64,000 nucleotides of DNA. Origin: Octopus vulgaris. Its lineage: Eukaryota. Shown piece after piece: positions 42,516-58,860 of the stretch (positions within the stretch are counted from its first letter, which is position 1; each line of letters starts with the position of its first letter). The translations under genes were made by a program, and so were the position numbers. The stretch covers positions 123,566,001 through 123,630,000 of the forward strand of contig OX597820.1 of assembly GCA_951406725.2 (NCBI GenBank). The letters are read 5' to 3'. A model generated the notes under the pieces. It saw only the letters and a program-made list of their open reading frames with translations, did not search any database and had not been told where the DNA came from.

Positions 42516-44214
42516 GTATATGTATCCATTAGAATAATTATGACTTCGACTGAAGTTTATGACTAAATATGACAACTTAAACAGAAAATGAGAAAAGGCC
42601 GAGGTCGTTTAAGATTACTCTTTCTCTCCTTGTCTCTTCCTGTACATGTGTGTGTATCTGTGTGTGAGAGTGACAGAGAGAATGAGAGAGAGAGGGGCGG
42701 AGCGAGAGAGAGAGAAAGAGATAGAGAGAGTGTGTGTAAGTGGGAGAAAAATTAGAGGTTAATAGTAAGAAATAACTGGTGTTTTGAAGACAGTAAGAGA
42801 TCTTAGAGGGGCAAGTGAAAGTGAAATTTAAATAAATAAATAAATTTTTTTAAAAAGTAGTAATAATTTAAACTCCCTTAATTGCAATTTTCAAAACTTA
42901 TTTATTCTGACTTTGTTTATTTTTCGATTACGGCCTGTTATTGTTTGCATCTCCCGTCTCCTTGTAATAATTTCACTTCTTTATTTAAATTATGTAATGA
43001 TCACGCGAAGAGAAAGTCAATAGAAAGTTCTGTTACAACTGAAATTCTACTGATTATCTCCAGAACAATTGGAAAAGAGAGAATACAACATAGAGGAAAA
43101 AATTACAAGCTGAAATCATTTCTTTCCCCACCGAGACATTAACGTATCAGTTATGAAGAATTAAAATTTAAAAGAAAGAGAATATGAACAGAAGAATTAA
43201 TTTTGTGTAAGATTACATCCGTCTTTCTTGGCTAGGGAGTTAATTACAGGTTTAGACAACACTAATACAGTGCTTATTCATATTATTTTTCTTAGTTTGA
43301 ATAAAGCATATTGATTTTGATAACAAAAGAAAATGTCAAAACAGAACAACAATGCAAATAATCACAACAAAGCATAATGGCGCTAATTCCCTCGGCGCGT
43401 TGATGAAAGATGATAATAGAACATTTATACAAAAAAAAAATGCTTTTTTAAGAAATAAATGAAATTATATAGAAAAATGTTATTTCGTTGTTAAGTCGGC
43501 GTGGTGGTGAGATGTTAGGGCTGAGTTATTTTATCTAATCCTCTATGTATCCATTACATAGAGGATGTCTATGTGATTGTTGACCCTGCTAATTTGAGGC
43601 AGATTTTCAAACCACAGGGTAATGCAATAAAACTAAAGGGAAAAATGACATTTAGATAATGTCGTCTTACGTAATTTTTCAGTGCGATATTGCTCAATGG
43701 GGCAACGACTTTTCGAAAAGAAAAACCCGAGGCGGGATGGTCAAATCTAGAATGTCTTTCTTGACCATAATTCTGTTAAACCTAGGCTGTCCTTGGCTTA
43801 ACCAGTACATGATGACAACAACTATGTTGGCTAAGAGAACAACGACGATGACAACGTCTCCGATGATGATGGGAATAGCCATAACAATCGTCCCCTTCGC
43901 TAGCGCCACCTGGGGGATCAACATCGTAAGTTCAGGATAGATGTATGGAACAGCTGCACATATAAGGAAGTAAGAATGAGAAAAGGGATTGAGTAAACGA
44001 GGAAGAGAAAGAACCAAAGAAAATACGAGGAGAGAGTAAATGTAGAAAGACTGAACAAAAAATGCTGGGTGTCAATTATAACATTTGGGATTAATTCTCG
44101 GTTTTCTTGATACCCTCAGGTGGTTTGGATAACTGTTGACGCGTCATTTCAGTTACATAATTTAAGCGCCTTCACATCGACATACGTTTATTTCCGTTTC
44201 TTATGTGATATATA

Positions 44215-45071
44215 CCAGGAGAAGTCACAAAGTATCTGACCTTGATTGTTTTTTGCGCAAAATAATAATGTGGCAGCAAAATCCGAATGGGTATTAGGTG
44301 GCTGCGTCCTATCTTAAGCATGCGCAAACATTTTCGTGTCTGTAGACTGCGTCATTCGCCCGCAGTGACGCGTTGAGTACAGGCGTGAAGAGTGTACTGT
44401 GCAATTTTTCTTTTTGAGACAAGATAACCGAGCGCACTGAGCAAAGATACTGTATCAAATTCTGTCGAAAACTTGGTGATTCGCAAGCCCAGATTATCGA
44501 GAAGATTCAAAAGGCCTTTGAAGATAGTGCTATGGGAAAACCACAAATAAAGGTGTGATACAACTGGTTCAAAGACAGCCGCAACTCAATGGACAGTGAG
44601 CCAATTTGTGGCCAGACAATTAAAAAGGAATATTACCTGGGTGGGTGTTCTTGTCGCCTTCGTGAAACTGTGTGGTGAAAATGACCCAACCTCTGGGCAC
44701 CAAAGAAGGGAAAACTCCACCATGACAACATTCCCGCTCATTCCACCCACGTCTTCCAAGCATTCATAGTCAAGCAAAATACACCACTTGTTCGTTAGGC
44801 TTCCCACTCCCCAGATTTAGCTCCGTGTGTCTTTGGCTAAAAAAAAAAACACTCAAAGGGAAAAGATTTGAGTCAAAGGAGGACATTAAGCAAAATTCGA
44901 CGGCACAGCTCTACAGCATCCCATAAAAGTAATTTCCAGAAATATTTCCAGCTGTGGCAGGAACGCTGGCAGAAGTGTGTAGACTGCCACGGTGACTAAA
45001 TCAAAATGGTAAGTTCTTTCATATTACTTGTTTTAGTGGCCAAAGGTCGGATACTTTATGACTACACCTCG
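44215..45071 (+). mobile_element. Internally deleted mariner element with both TIRs
   Basis: TA|CCAGGAGAAGTCACAAAGTATCTGACCTT ... AAGGTCGGATACTTTATGACTACACCTCG|TA. Relics TEQRYCIKFCRKLGDSQAQIIEKIQKAF, HHDNIPAH and HSPDLAPC. Confidence 0.88.
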
Positions 45072-45149
45072 TACATGCTAATCTAAAGGAAACAACGACC
45101 CAGAATGAAAGTAACAATTACAAGCAGTATAAATAGGTATTGTCGTTTA

Positions 45150-46523
<1,374 letters not shown>

Positions 46524-46524
46524 A

Positions 46525-46619
<95 letters not shown>

Positions 46620-46632
46620 ATCTATCTATCTA

Positions 46633-46674
<42 letters not shown>

Positions 46675-46845
46675 TAGATAGATAGATATGTACAAATAAA
46701 TGAAAGAATGGAGTTGAACGACGATTTAACAAAATTCCTTTATTCTCGACATATGGTTTCGAAGACTGCATGTTTTTCAGACGTGAATTTGCTACCCGGG
46801 TATCGGTTAACCGAATTATCCATACTAGGATAATTCATTCAACTA

Positions 46846-46935
<90 letters not shown>

Positions 46936-46937
46936 AT

Positions 46938-48100
46938 TTCAATCATCAATGTACTTATCCTGATTATCTATGACTTCCTTCCATCCGTTTACAATCTTTT
47001 TAATCCCTTTGGTTTCTAAGCGAAGAACTCCGAAATGTTAGTTTTCGACCTCCTCATGGCTTACGAAAGTTATGTCCCCCAAATGATTCCTTAAACTACG
47101 AAACGAATGGTAGTCTGAAGAAGAAAGGTCGGGAGAATAAGGTGGATGAAGAATATTTCCCAAGCAAGCTCTTCGATCTTCTGTTATGTGCTTGTTGCAG
47201 TGTGGGGTCACGCATAGTCCTGTTGAAACATCACTCATTTTCGAATCACTAATGCGGGTCTTATTTTCTTCAAAGCTTGGTTCAAACGTTCTAATTGCTG
47301 CCAGTAGACTTGAGCATTGATTGTTGCATTAGGTGATAACAATTCAAAGTGAATTACTCCTTTGCAATCCCACCAGATACAGAGAAGAAACTTTTTCGCA
47401 TAAAGTTCCATTCTCGGTTGTGGTTGAGCTTTTTCCCTTTTACCAAGCTACTGTTTACGATGCTTAACATTTCGATAGAAGATCCATATTTCGTCACCAG
47501 TCACAAGTCTATCAAAAAATGGTGAAATGAATTCGCGATAATGGAAAGAAGAGAAGATGTCAACTCGGGAATTGCGGTTGCTTTTGCACAATTCATGAGG
47601 CACCCATTTTCCAAGTTTAGGAACCTTTCCAAGATTATGAAGATGATGATGAAGAGTTGTATGGTTTGAACGAAGCTTTACTGCCAATTCTTCAATAGAT
47701 AATGCAGGATTTTCTTCAAGGAGCTTATCATCAAATTCAACTGGACGTCCTGTTTGATCTTCATCTTCAAGGCTGAAATCTCCACTTCTGAATTTTGCAA
47801 ACTATCTTCTGAAAGTTCTTTCATTCAAGCATTCATTCACATGCATGTTCGAGTCGCTGCGGCTGCAAAGTTTTCTTTTTTGTACTCATAAAACATTATG
47901 TGCCTTAAATGCTCTTTTTATACTTCCATGTTAGAAAGAGATTTAATAAAAACAAATCCTGTAAAATGATATTTAATTAGTTTAAATGTACACAAATGCA
48001 CAAAAATCATTTGTAATTCCAGTAGATATTTGAAAATACTATTAAATTTCATTCAATTATAAAAACGGTAAAATCTGACAGAACTTATAGGATGACCTGA
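46938..48100 (-). mobile_element. Mariner (Mos1/Hsmar-like DD34D) transposon relic, near full length
   Basis: LGKVPKLGKWVPHEL, LVTGDEIWIFY, ILHPPYSPDLSSSDYHSFRSLRNHL and a C-terminal WKEVIDNQDKYIDD*. 5' TIR TA|TCAGGTCATCCTATAAGTTCTGTC. Confidence 0.9.
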
Positions 48101-48104
48101 TATA

Positions 48105-48516
48105 TACTCTTTCTCTTTACTCTTTTACTTGTTTCAGTCATTTGACTGCGGCCATGCTGGAGCACCGCTTTTAGTCGAGCAAATCCACCCCTGGACTTAT
48201 TCTTTGTAAGCCCAGTACTTATTCTATCGGTCTCTTTTGCCGAACCGCTAAGTGACGGGGACGTAAACACATCGGCATCGGTTGTCAAGCAATGCTAGTG
48301 GAACAAACACAGACACACAAACACACACATACATATATATATATACATATATACGACAGGCTTCTTTTAGTTTCCGTCTACCAAATCCACTCACAAGACA
48401 TTATTCGGGCCGGGGCTATAGCAGAAGACACTTGCTCAAGATACCACGCAGTGGGACTGAACCCGGAACCATGTGGTTGGTTAGCAAGCTACTTACCACA
48501 CAGCCACTCCTGCGCC
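48105..48516 (-). mobile_element. SINE family A, full length
   Basis: GGCGCAGGAGTGGCTGTGTGGTAAG head, near-identical to the 36.6 kb copy. Confidence 0.9.
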
Positions 48517-49288
48517 TATATAATAGTTCAAATTTACAATCTCAGTTTAACACCCTCATAGGGATGACTTACTTATGCCAACGTATCAGTTATATACTGG
48601 GAAACAGCTAGGTGAACATACGTGAAAAGACCTCAGGATTTCTTTGTAGTATTGGAAATGATTATAACTGTTTAGTGAATAGGAACTGCTTTTCTGTGAA
48701 TAACTCAGAGGTCTGGAGCTGCATTTTGAAAACTAAAACTTTCTACTTTACTGTTCTCTTCAATTACACGATATGGAAGCTACAAAAATATATGAAAATA
48801 CATCAGACGAAATAATAAAAATATTAGTTCGTAGAGAAAAATAGATTTGATAGCAAGCGAATATAAAGAAAGCCTGTTATTAGAATGAAGTTATTCTTAT
48901 ATGAGTAACCATGCTTTTTGTTGAGGCTGTTTCTGGATATTCCAATGTTAGATATCTAAAAAGTGAGCAAAAAGTTTATTACTTGAGTATGCGTAGGCCT
49001 CTTATCACTTTTTTTAAAAATAAAAGTAATGGATATAAAGATTCGTAAGAAGAAAATAGAAAAGACTAAAGTCAGAACAGAAGACTAGATAAAATATCGA
49101 ATAGCTAGCAGGAATACGAGTAATACGCAATAATGAAAATATATTTTCGTTTAAATGTTTAAATGCAAGCGACTTATCTTCTTTCTAAATACACACGCAT
49201 TCAACATTCATATTCACAGAAACTCATATATATATGTATGTTTAAACATGCATAAATACATAATTATATACACACACATACATACATA

Positions 49289-49342
<54 letters not shown>

Positions 49343-49355
49343 CATGCATGCATAC

Positions 49356-49446
<91 letters not shown>

Positions 49447-49945
49447 TCAACACACGAATTCACATAAAGAATCTTGCAAACCATATATAAGAAAGAAGTA
49501 CACAAACACACACTCACACATACACACACGCGCATATACATGAACACACATATATAATAATAAATATATATATATATGCATATATGTACGTTTAAGTACA
49601 GATATGCATGTACATGTGTGTGCATATACATGTGTGTCCATCCATCCATCTATCCATCTATCTGTCTATTCCAACTCTCTCTCTCTCTCTCTCTCTTCAC
49701 ATGTATATGTATATATATATATATATGTTTGAATTTATATATATATGTATATATGTTGTAGAGAGTAAACCAACCGTTATAAAGGTATAATCTGCAACCT
49801 AAGAAAACGTGTTTATCAAATACCTCTTAGAGTAACAAAAACTATATAACACAATATCTCAAAGGCAGCTTTATGAAGTGTTTCAACTATAGCAGCAGAC
49901 ATGTATGTATAGAAGCATACAATACATACACACACGCACACGCAC

Positions 49946-49976
<31 letters not shown>

Positions 49977-50325
49977 AGTTAAGTTGATAAAGAATAAGTA
50001 AAAGTTTATAACTATATATTTTCTATAAATTTAGAATATATTTTGTATTTCAAATTTTAAGCAAGAAATATATTTCCTTATCAAACTGTTTATAAATATA
50101 CAAATAAACAAATAAATAAATAAAACGTTTATGAGAAAAATCAAATGTTTCATTCATTTATCTAAAACAAATATTTATTATTTAGAAAAAACCTATAAGA
50201 AAATCAATATAAAAAAAAATTGATGAAAGATACTTTAAAAAAAAATCGGTTTTGAAAATGCACTAGAAAATTATTAATATTTGTTGTATGTCATGCGGAT
50301 TAAAGACAATTTTCATAAAGGATTG

Positions 50326-50365
<40 letters not shown>

Positions 50366-50371
50366 GTTTAA

Positions 50372-50580
50372 AGATTTTTTATGTGAAGTCGTGTGTTGAA
50401 ACAGATATCGTTATATTTCGGAATGGTCATTTTGCCAGTTTAGCCAATAAAAACACACGCACTATATATTTGGTGTTATTTTGCTTCAGTGTTATTTATT
50501 TTTTACATTAATCTTAATCTTATTTCGGCCAGAGTTCTTTCGTCACACTCCTGTGACCGCATCAGTGATCCTTTGTTTTC
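50372..50580 (-). mobile_element. pLTR-like repeat with A9C HHR motif (50527-50571)
   Basis: Minus strand GGATCA-CTGATGC-G-GTCACA ggag TGTGAC-GAAA-GAAC-TC-TGGCC. Near-identical sequence at 23.5-23.7 kb. Ends at (TA)n. Confidence 0.7.
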
Positions 50581-51934
50581 TTCTTTCTTATTTGTGTCTT
50601 TCCTTACTAATCGTCATATATATGTGTGTGTGTGAGAGAGAGTATGTATATATGTGTATACATATATGTGCGTGTATGTATATATATAGATGCATGTGTG
50701 TCTATATATTACGTGTGAAACTATGCATAAGCAGAGTAAAATAATGCTAATAGAGATAATATGTAGCAAAGGAAATAGTATAACAAAATATTGTAGGTCA
50801 AGCGTAAAGAGAAAAGTCTTATGCTTCCTATTTTAACTTTTATTTCCAAGCTTTTCAGTCCCCTGACGGTTTGTGTTCCAACGTTTCCATTGTTCCAAAC
50901 ATTACACTGCGTAACACGATTTTTCTCCTTCCATAGCAACTGTTATTTCCTATTTGTTTATCCTTTGCTATTTTCTTCAAACATTGCTTTTGTTACGTTT
51001 ATTAACACCCCAAAGAATCCACTTCAACTCATGGCTATGATGCTCCACCACTACTAAGGGACATGCGCAAGTAGTTAAGGCCAAGGAACTGAGAATCTGT
51101 GATATTGATAAGAATATTAATTAGAACAATATTTCTGCTTTAGTAACTCAGCGTTGAATCTGTCTGAAATGTGATGGAGAAAAAGTCAATTTCAAAACAT
51201 TGATGTCCAGGTCACGAAAGCAAAGTTTGAAGGGGATAGTAGTCGTTTCCTTTGATTTCTAGATAGAAGCAAGTAGGAAATAGCATTTACTGAGTGAAGA
51301 GAAAAATAAATAAAATGTTTGTTAAACAGTGTAATTGTAGCATTAGGTATGATAAAAAATGTACGTAAAAAAACGTAGAATCTATATCTAGACTCTCAAT
51401 GCTATATACTATCACCAAAATAGCCCTGCTAGGAACAACTTACACCCTATGCAAGACACTATCAATTCAGTAATACAACCTAAACAAAACAATCCATTAG
51501 CATTGACATTAGGGGACGGATCTGTCTGTGTTAGGGATAATGTTTTGAGACTACACCGCCTCCAAGTTCTCTGCATGTAAACATTGCTAGTTACGTAGCT
51601 TCTTAAGGCTAACAGTTCTTTATTGGTCTGTAATGTTTTTGTTGGTAGATTTATCTCCGGGCATAGTTTTATGTGGTGCTTTTAAATTTATGAATTGTTC
51701 ACTCTGTCTGTGTTAGTTCAAATAATAAAACAAGTTTTTATTTGTTTTTTATTGGTTTGGCTTCGTTTGTGACGTGTTTTCATTTGCTTGTATGTGTGTC
51801 CTGTAAATTTCACTTAGTATTATGGGTATCAAAATGTATATATGATTGTGCAGACATTTGAATGTATGCCTAATTACTCAATTTATGTACTTACTGTTTT
51901 GTTCCATTAATATTTCATAATTTGTAAACATTCT

Positions 51935-52955
51935 GCTCAATACCACAGAGCTTTTGTCAGTGTTTGTCCATAAGCAGTTGAGCATGTCTCTTGGTTGAAG
52001 ATATGTGCATGTCTGATCAGGAGCAGAAGTAGTCGGGGAGAATCATAGCCATGTGTTGAGAAAAATTCTTTGGAGTTTGAATAATTCATCTCTGGAGGCA
52101 TGGGTGTTTCGTTTAACATTCATAAACAACTCTTATTCAAGGAACTTTTGAGCGGGATGGGCTACTCGGCCTAAAGCAAATTCTAACTGGATCCTACCTG
52201 CAAGGTCATGCGCTGTTTATCTTGATATGAGATCAAAATGTTGCGCACATATGGTTGTGATGCATGTGCCTGGTGTACTCTTATCAGACAGGTAGTCATG
52301 ATGGGTATATTGGGCTTCGTATATTTTACCCTAGTGTCACTTTGATGGCAAGCACTGCGCTCTCACTCAATAATAATAAATACAGTAATACTAATTGATC
52401 TGGTGGAATAACAAGCAGCGGCTATCAGGATTTCTGATCTGAACTAATTGGAAGTGTTATCATGTATATGTTTTGTCTTGGTGTGAAAGATGAGCTACAT
52501 CAAATATTCTGCACAATACCACATATTTGCTTGTCAGTTGGTTGGCTTCAACCAGCTGAGCATGTCCCTTGGTGACTTACGATATGTGCATCTCTGATCA
52601 CGAGCAGGAGTAGAGAGGGAGCATCGTAGCCATGTGTTGAGAGAAATTCTTTGGGGTTTCAATAATCCACCTCCGGAAACATGGATATTTCATCATCCCT
52701 GAACAGCCATTATTCAGGGATCTTTGAGCGGAGTGGGACTCCTCGATAAGAAGACAATTCTAACTGCACCTCACCTATAAGGTCATATGCTGTTTATTTT
52801 GTCATGAAGTTACCATGTTGCGCACTTATTGTTGTGGTGCATGTGCACGGTTTACCCTTATGGCATGGGTAGTCAAGTAGATATATTGGGATTCGTACAT
52901 TTCTATCCCAGCATCACTTTGTTAGTTTATGTTGCTCTGTCAATAATAATAATAA
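51935..52955 (+). repeat. Two diverged tandem copies (~440 bp shared) of an unclassified interspersed repeat, each ending in (AAT)n
   Basis: 51935-52380 aligns to 52510-52955 (AATACCAC...GAGCATGTC...TAGCCATGTGTTGAGA...TCAATAATAATAA). Confidence 0.75.
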
Positions 52956-53047
52956 TGGTTTCAAACTTTGGATCAAGGCCAAATAAATCTGAGTGTAAAC
53001 CCGTGTGTTCAACCCGAACGAATAAGATGGTGATGATGACGATGATG

Positions 53048-53079
<32 letters not shown>

Positions 53080-53104
53080 GATGACAATGATATATTTACA
53101 TGTA

Positions 53105-53578
53105 CAAGGGTGGACTGAAAACTAGATAGGCTGACCCTAGAGAGATGCTAAAGCTGAGAAATTTTTGCAAGCATTAATTTCAACTTTCTTATTAATAACT
53201 GCATTGCTTCTTTCCAGGTAAACTGCAATTTGACTGTTCAAAGAAAACTTCAAAAATACCTGGAGTGACTTCTCTTGAACAAAGACGAAATATGGCACCG
53301 TGGTGTAATCAAGTACTTGCAGAAAAGAGTTTAGTCTCAAAGGACATTTATACAGACATGGTCGTACCATTAGGGCACGATGATCAGCTTTATCAACAGA
53401 GCAAAGGCGGGCAGCTAAATTTAGGAAGGGAAGAATAAGTTCTGGAAACGGCTTATTGACTGGACGATTTAGAGCTGCCTCCACCGACGAGACATCGATA
53501 TTGTACGCCACATGGTGGATGACAGACGATTGGCTATAAATGAATCACCCAAAACATTTAGCACAAACTGGCCATATT
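53105..53578 (+). mobile_element. Mariner 5' fragment
   Basis: TA|CAAGGGTGGACTGAAAA TIR-like start, then WHRGVIKYLQK..KDIYTDMV...AAKFRKGR HTH relic. Confidence 0.75.
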
Positions 53579-53583
53579 TATCA

Positions 53584-53653
<70 letters not shown>

Positions 53654-53712
53654 GTCTTTCTCTGTCTCCGTGTCTTTCTGTCTGTCTGTCTATCTCTCTG
53701 TATATGTATATA

Positions 53713-54890
53713 TACACCATCATCATTAAAAGTAAACGGCAACCAAAATCCTTGAAAAGGATTTTAACCCAAGCTAAACTGCACTCAACATCAACCACAA
53801 AACCAGCAGTTAGAAAATGTGGAAAGCCCAACTACGGAATCTGTGTCATCTTGGTAGAAGGTTCAGAATTTATACTAGAACAAGGACATCAGTTCACCAT
53901 TAGAACAAACTTCACCTGTGCATCAGAGAACTTAATTTACGTCTTAACATACGCAGGTTGCAATAGGCAGTATATAGGCCATACAAAAAATAGCTTACGT
54001 AAAAGGATGGCGGTGCATAAATCCCAAATTAGAAACCCTGATTACCGGAAAATACCAGTCAGCGGACACATAGATAGACGTGCTTCAAGTATAATCCGAA
54101 ATTTACAACTTACCCACTTTACAAATTCAGTGACAGCGTAACCTTCACCCAACGCCAAAATAAAGAACTTTATTTCATCAAAATATTTAGACCAAGTTTG
54201 AACACCCTGAGCCAGGAATATTAAAACAAAACATTGGTCTTCCGAAAAGGAAAAATGAAATTCTACCAAAATCACTACGACTGCTCCCACTAGCACTACT
54301 ACTACAACCACCGTGGTCACTACTATTGCTACTACGATCAACAGTCCTCTACGACTGCGGCTGCTACGGCCACAGCTTAACTGCCACAACCCCAACCACC
54401 ACCACAGTTGCCAAAGCTACAACCAACAGTAACTGCTACTACCGCCATTTAAGCCACTAGACATACCGCTGCTGCTAGGACAGCCACAACTTAGCCGCCC
54501 CAACCAATAAGCTGCTGCAACCCCAACTATCACCATGGTTACTACTACTACGACCAACAATCACTACTGCTGCTACCATTCCATTGGAACACAAGGACGG
54601 TTCCTTTTGATACCAGCAAGAAACAATAATGAACTTCTGTACTACACGCAACTATAATATAGCGATTATACCAACTACCGACAAAATACCACCACATGGA
54701 TTCTATTGAGACCAGTAAGAAACAACTATGAACTTTTCTATTGCACTTTTCATAATATTTTTGATAAGGTTCGTTTTTCAAGAACCGAAACATGTAAAAT
54801 TCATAAGAAAATTAAAATTTATCTAACATAGTGGCGTTTTCAAACTTCTTTTTTACAAATATATACCCACTCGTATACGATCTACTCTTA
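53713..54890 (+). mobile_element. Penelope-like 3' fragment: GIY-YIG endonuclease, ACT/ACC-rich UTR, terminal HHR, (TA)n
   Basis: IIKSKRQPKSLKRILTQAK...CGKPNYGIC...FTCASENLIYVLTYAGCNRQYIGHTKNSLRKRMAVHKSQIRNPDYRKIPVSGHI. Confidence 0.88.
54757..54800 (+). ncRNA. Minimal type I HHR motif, U3-A8 variant
   Basis: ATTT-TTGATAA-GGTTC gtttttcaa GAACC-GAAA-CATG-TA-AAAT. Confidence 0.72.
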
Positions 54891-54891
54891 T

Positions 54892-54923
<32 letters not shown>

Positions 54924-54968
54924 CAAATCATATACACACACAAACAATATGCACACACAAATATTCAA

Positions 54969-55016
<48 letters not shown>

Positions 55017-55252
55017 TACACACCACACGCACCACCACACAGACGCACAGTTTCTTTCAAAATTAGATTCTTTATAATTTTATGCCTGGTATGAATAGTC
55101 CTATATATTAGTTGTCATAGATATCAATTGTTCAGTATGAGGTGTCTGATATGAGTTGTCCGGGAATGAGATTTCCTGGTACCAGTTGCGCTAGAACCAA
55201 ATTCGTAGAGCAAGTGTACGTGCGACATTGAAATCTAGACGAAGGTGTTTAT

Positions 55253-55640
55253 GGATGGAAGCAATCCGTCGGTTACGACGATGAGAGTTCTGGTTGATCC
55301 GACCAACGGAACATCCTGCTCGTGAAATTAACGTGTAAGTGGCTGAGCACTCCATAGACACGTGTACCCTTAATGTAGTTCTCGGGGATATTCAGCGTGA
55401 CACAGAGAGTGACAAGGCCGGCCCTTTGAAATACAGGTACAACAGAAACAGGAAGAAAGAATGAGAGAAAGTTGTTGTGAAAGAGTACAGCAGGGATCAC
55501 CACCATCCCCTGCCGAAGCCTCGTGGTGCTTTAGTTGTTTTCGCTCAATAAACACTCACAACGCCCGGTCTGGGAATCGAAACGGCGATCCTACGACCGC
55601 GAGTCCACTGCCCTAACCACTGGGCCATTGCGCCTCCACT
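55253..55640 (-). mobile_element. Full-length SINE family C with 12-bp TSD
   Basis: TSD GAAGGTGTTTAT at 55241-55252 and 55641-55652. Homologous to 15075-15464. Confidence 0.9.
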
Positions 55641-55845
55641 GAAGGTGTTTATACATCCATATCTATTAATGGTTATATTTAATACAATTTTTTTTTGCTG
55701 TATTGTATAGTTGTAGCATTTTGTTTCTGTAATTATTGATGTTATATAAAAATGAAGCTGTATCCTTTAATTTACTGCTTTTCTTCATACAAACCGAGAA
55801 GTTATTTTGCGGGACAGCCGTTATATTAACGAGATACACCTTGTA

Positions 55846-55937
55846 ATCACCTGATGAGACAAATCTACATCGCCGGATACGCCTAAATCAGTTAAGTGAG
55901 GTATCAATGCTAGATGGCTCGAAACAATTGTAGGGAT
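55846..55937 (+). ncRNA. Type I HHR motif, canonical core, extended stem II
   Basis: ATCAC-CTGATGA-(GAC..ATCTACAT..GATAC/GTATC..ATGCTAGAT..CTC)-GAAA-CAATTG-TA-GGGAT. Confidence 0.65.
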
Positions 55938-56752
55938 CAACAAACATTCTCGTATCTGCCACCTTCCGTCTCTCTTATTATTCAAATACCCAACGAAGAC
56001 TGTGAAAATGAACGTGCTTTACCGATAAGACACCAGGTGTATACCATACCATTTATTATCCAAATACACACACACACATGTATGTATATACATTAATATC
56101 GAACAATAAGAATGCGTGCTTACCTCCGCATTCATGGATAAATATTCTTTATACATGAGGTAACTAATGGTAGTCTGACTACCCCACAAATAAAGCATAT
56201 ATGTTGTTTGTATTTTACCACTGATAACCGGCGTAGGGTTGATTACGCCTCGAAAATATCTTGTCTAAAAAAGTGAGACTGATTAAATAAGTATTAGGGT
56301 TGTTTTTCTCAACAAAATGCCTTCATGCAGGTGCCCCTGCATGGCCGTAGTCAAGTAACTGATGCAAGCAAAAGAATATATTATTATGTATATATCTTCT
56401 TTTCACTTTCCAAATGAAATATTGATCCTCTTTGAAGTATTTCACCGTCTTCTGTTATCAGGCACCTGCTACAATGTAATGTAGTTGTTTGGAACAAGAG
56501 AGTCTGAGAGTAGACATGTAAACATTATCTAAAGAGACCTACATTGTTTATTCCTTTTTGTATTCAACAGAACAGTGTTTATTTCTTTGTTTGAAAAATA
56601 CTTTAAATATTGTTTCTTCTTGTACAACAAATGCTGCAGAGAAATTGCGCGGGTGCATACACATACATACATACATACGTACATACATACATATATACAT
56701 ACATACATACATACTTACATACATACATACATATATACATATACACGCACAC

Positions 56753-56865
<113 letters not shown>

Positions 56866-57064
56866 TATACATGAATATATACATAATGCATATATACATA
56901 CATACAAATACATGCAAGTGTTTTCTGAAGTTTAACATGAGGTATTGTTTTTGTTAATTACATTCCATTATTGGAGCTTTTGATCTTTGTCAGAAACCAG
57001 CTCCTTCCTTGCAGGAATAACTCAAAGAATGAAAATACATACACACTAACGAGTGTGTATCACA

Positions 57065-57098
<34 letters not shown>

Positions 57099-57319
57099 CG
57101 TCCATACGTTCTAACATATATACGTACCAACGTGCACACACATAGATACATACATACATACTCATTCATAATTATGTATGTATTTTTGTAATTATGTATG
57201 CATGTATGTATGTATTTATGTATCTTTCTATCTTACATATCCAGTTAGGGGAGTTTGTCAATTGATTTGATAAGCCACATTTTAAACTTATTACTTATTT
57301 TTTTGATATTATATATATA

Positions 57320-57522
57320 TAATCATGGCATTCGCCACGATAGATGGCTAGCCAATAAACCTTTTTAGATTTTATCTCCGTTTATTTCTGTGTTCCTTTC
57401 TGTCGAAGAGCGTAGGCTCGAAACGTAAAAGACTTTCTTAATTTCCGATCGTTAAACTAATACATCTGTCTGTCGTTTACACATCCGTCTTCGTCTTTTG
57501 TTTTTTTCTATAAATTCTCACT
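57320..57522 (+). mobile_element. Family B pLTR-like repeat with A6U HHR motif (57396-57431)
   Basis: CTTT-CTGTCGA-A-GAGC gtag GCTC-GAAA-CG-TA-AAAG, flanked by TA/TACA repeats. Confidence 0.75.
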
Positions 57523-57545
57523 ATACATACATACATACATATATA

Positions 57546-57598
<53 letters not shown>

Positions 57599-57649
57599 AT
57601 ATATATACACATATACACAATGTATATACATATATGTATGTATATATCT

Positions 57650-57710
<61 letters not shown>

Positions 57711-57764
57711 CATATATATATATACACACATAACAGTTTATTCTATCACTTTTATATGTTATTT

Positions 57765-58090
57765 GCTTCACTTATTAGACTGCAGCCATGCTGGAGCAGC
57801 ACCTTGTAGTGTCTAGTGAATTAAATGCAACTCGGACCATTTTTTGTTAAGTGTTGGACGTATGCTGGCAGTCACTTTTTGCCTAACCGCTAATTTATAG
57901 GGACATAAACAAAACCAGTTATCTTGGGATGGAGGCGGTGGGGGGGGGGGGTAACAAATCAAAGACAATGAGACACACACATATATAAATGACTGGTTTC
58001 TTTCTGTTTCTCTCTACGAAATCCATTCAAAAGGCTTTCGTTGGCCCAAATAGGAGACACTCAAGATACCATCCAAAGGGACTGAACCAG
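57765..58090 (-). mobile_element. Old, degenerate SINE family A copy
   Basis: GACTGCAGCCATGCTGGAGCAGCACC tail and GGGACTGAACC head remnant. Confidence 0.55.
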
Positions 58091-58794
58091 TGAGTGTACA
58101 TGAAATATGTAGTAAAGTGTGTTTAATTTCCAATGATGAGGAGGCTGCTGTCTATTGAACACCAGGAGGCTGGAGTCTTAAGAAAATCATAACGTTACAC
58201 CAGGAATTTGAGAAAAATCTTGTATATATTCACTCTTCTACGAGCATCAAATTTACAGTATACAAGTTAACTGGTGTTTTTTTGTGTCTGATAATCCGCG
58301 TTTTTCCACACTACATAGTATGTATGTATGTATGTATGTATGTATGTATGTATGTATGTATGTATGTATGTATGTATGTATGTATGTATGTATGTATGTA
58401 TGTATGTATGTATGTATGTATGTATGTATGTATGCATATCAAAACGTGCGTTTGGAAGAAAGTACCTATGAATGTTTGTATGACAGTGAAATTATATCAA
58501 AACAGTCTTAAGCAAATATATTTCTAGCAGGCGGTACTTTGTAGTGTATTCTTAGCCGTAAGATAAATAATAAAATTTATGCGCTCACTTGCAGTTATTC
58601 TCTGAAGTATTTGCACAAACTAGCATTAAAGGAGGAGAAAATAGAAGCGCAACTTCAACTATATTACTAAAGGTATCAAGTATTTGAAAGTAATCATATA
58701 TATATATGTACATACAACCAGCCAAACACATATTTATACATATGTGCGTGTATATATATATGATATAAATCGCACAAATACGGATGAAGAAGAC

Positions 58795-58860
<66 letters not shown>

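Noticed and set aside
43659-44017. Possible host exon or membrane-protein ORF
   Set aside because: No recognisable protein motif, a weak splice donor, and partly made of ACG/ATG low-complexity sequence.
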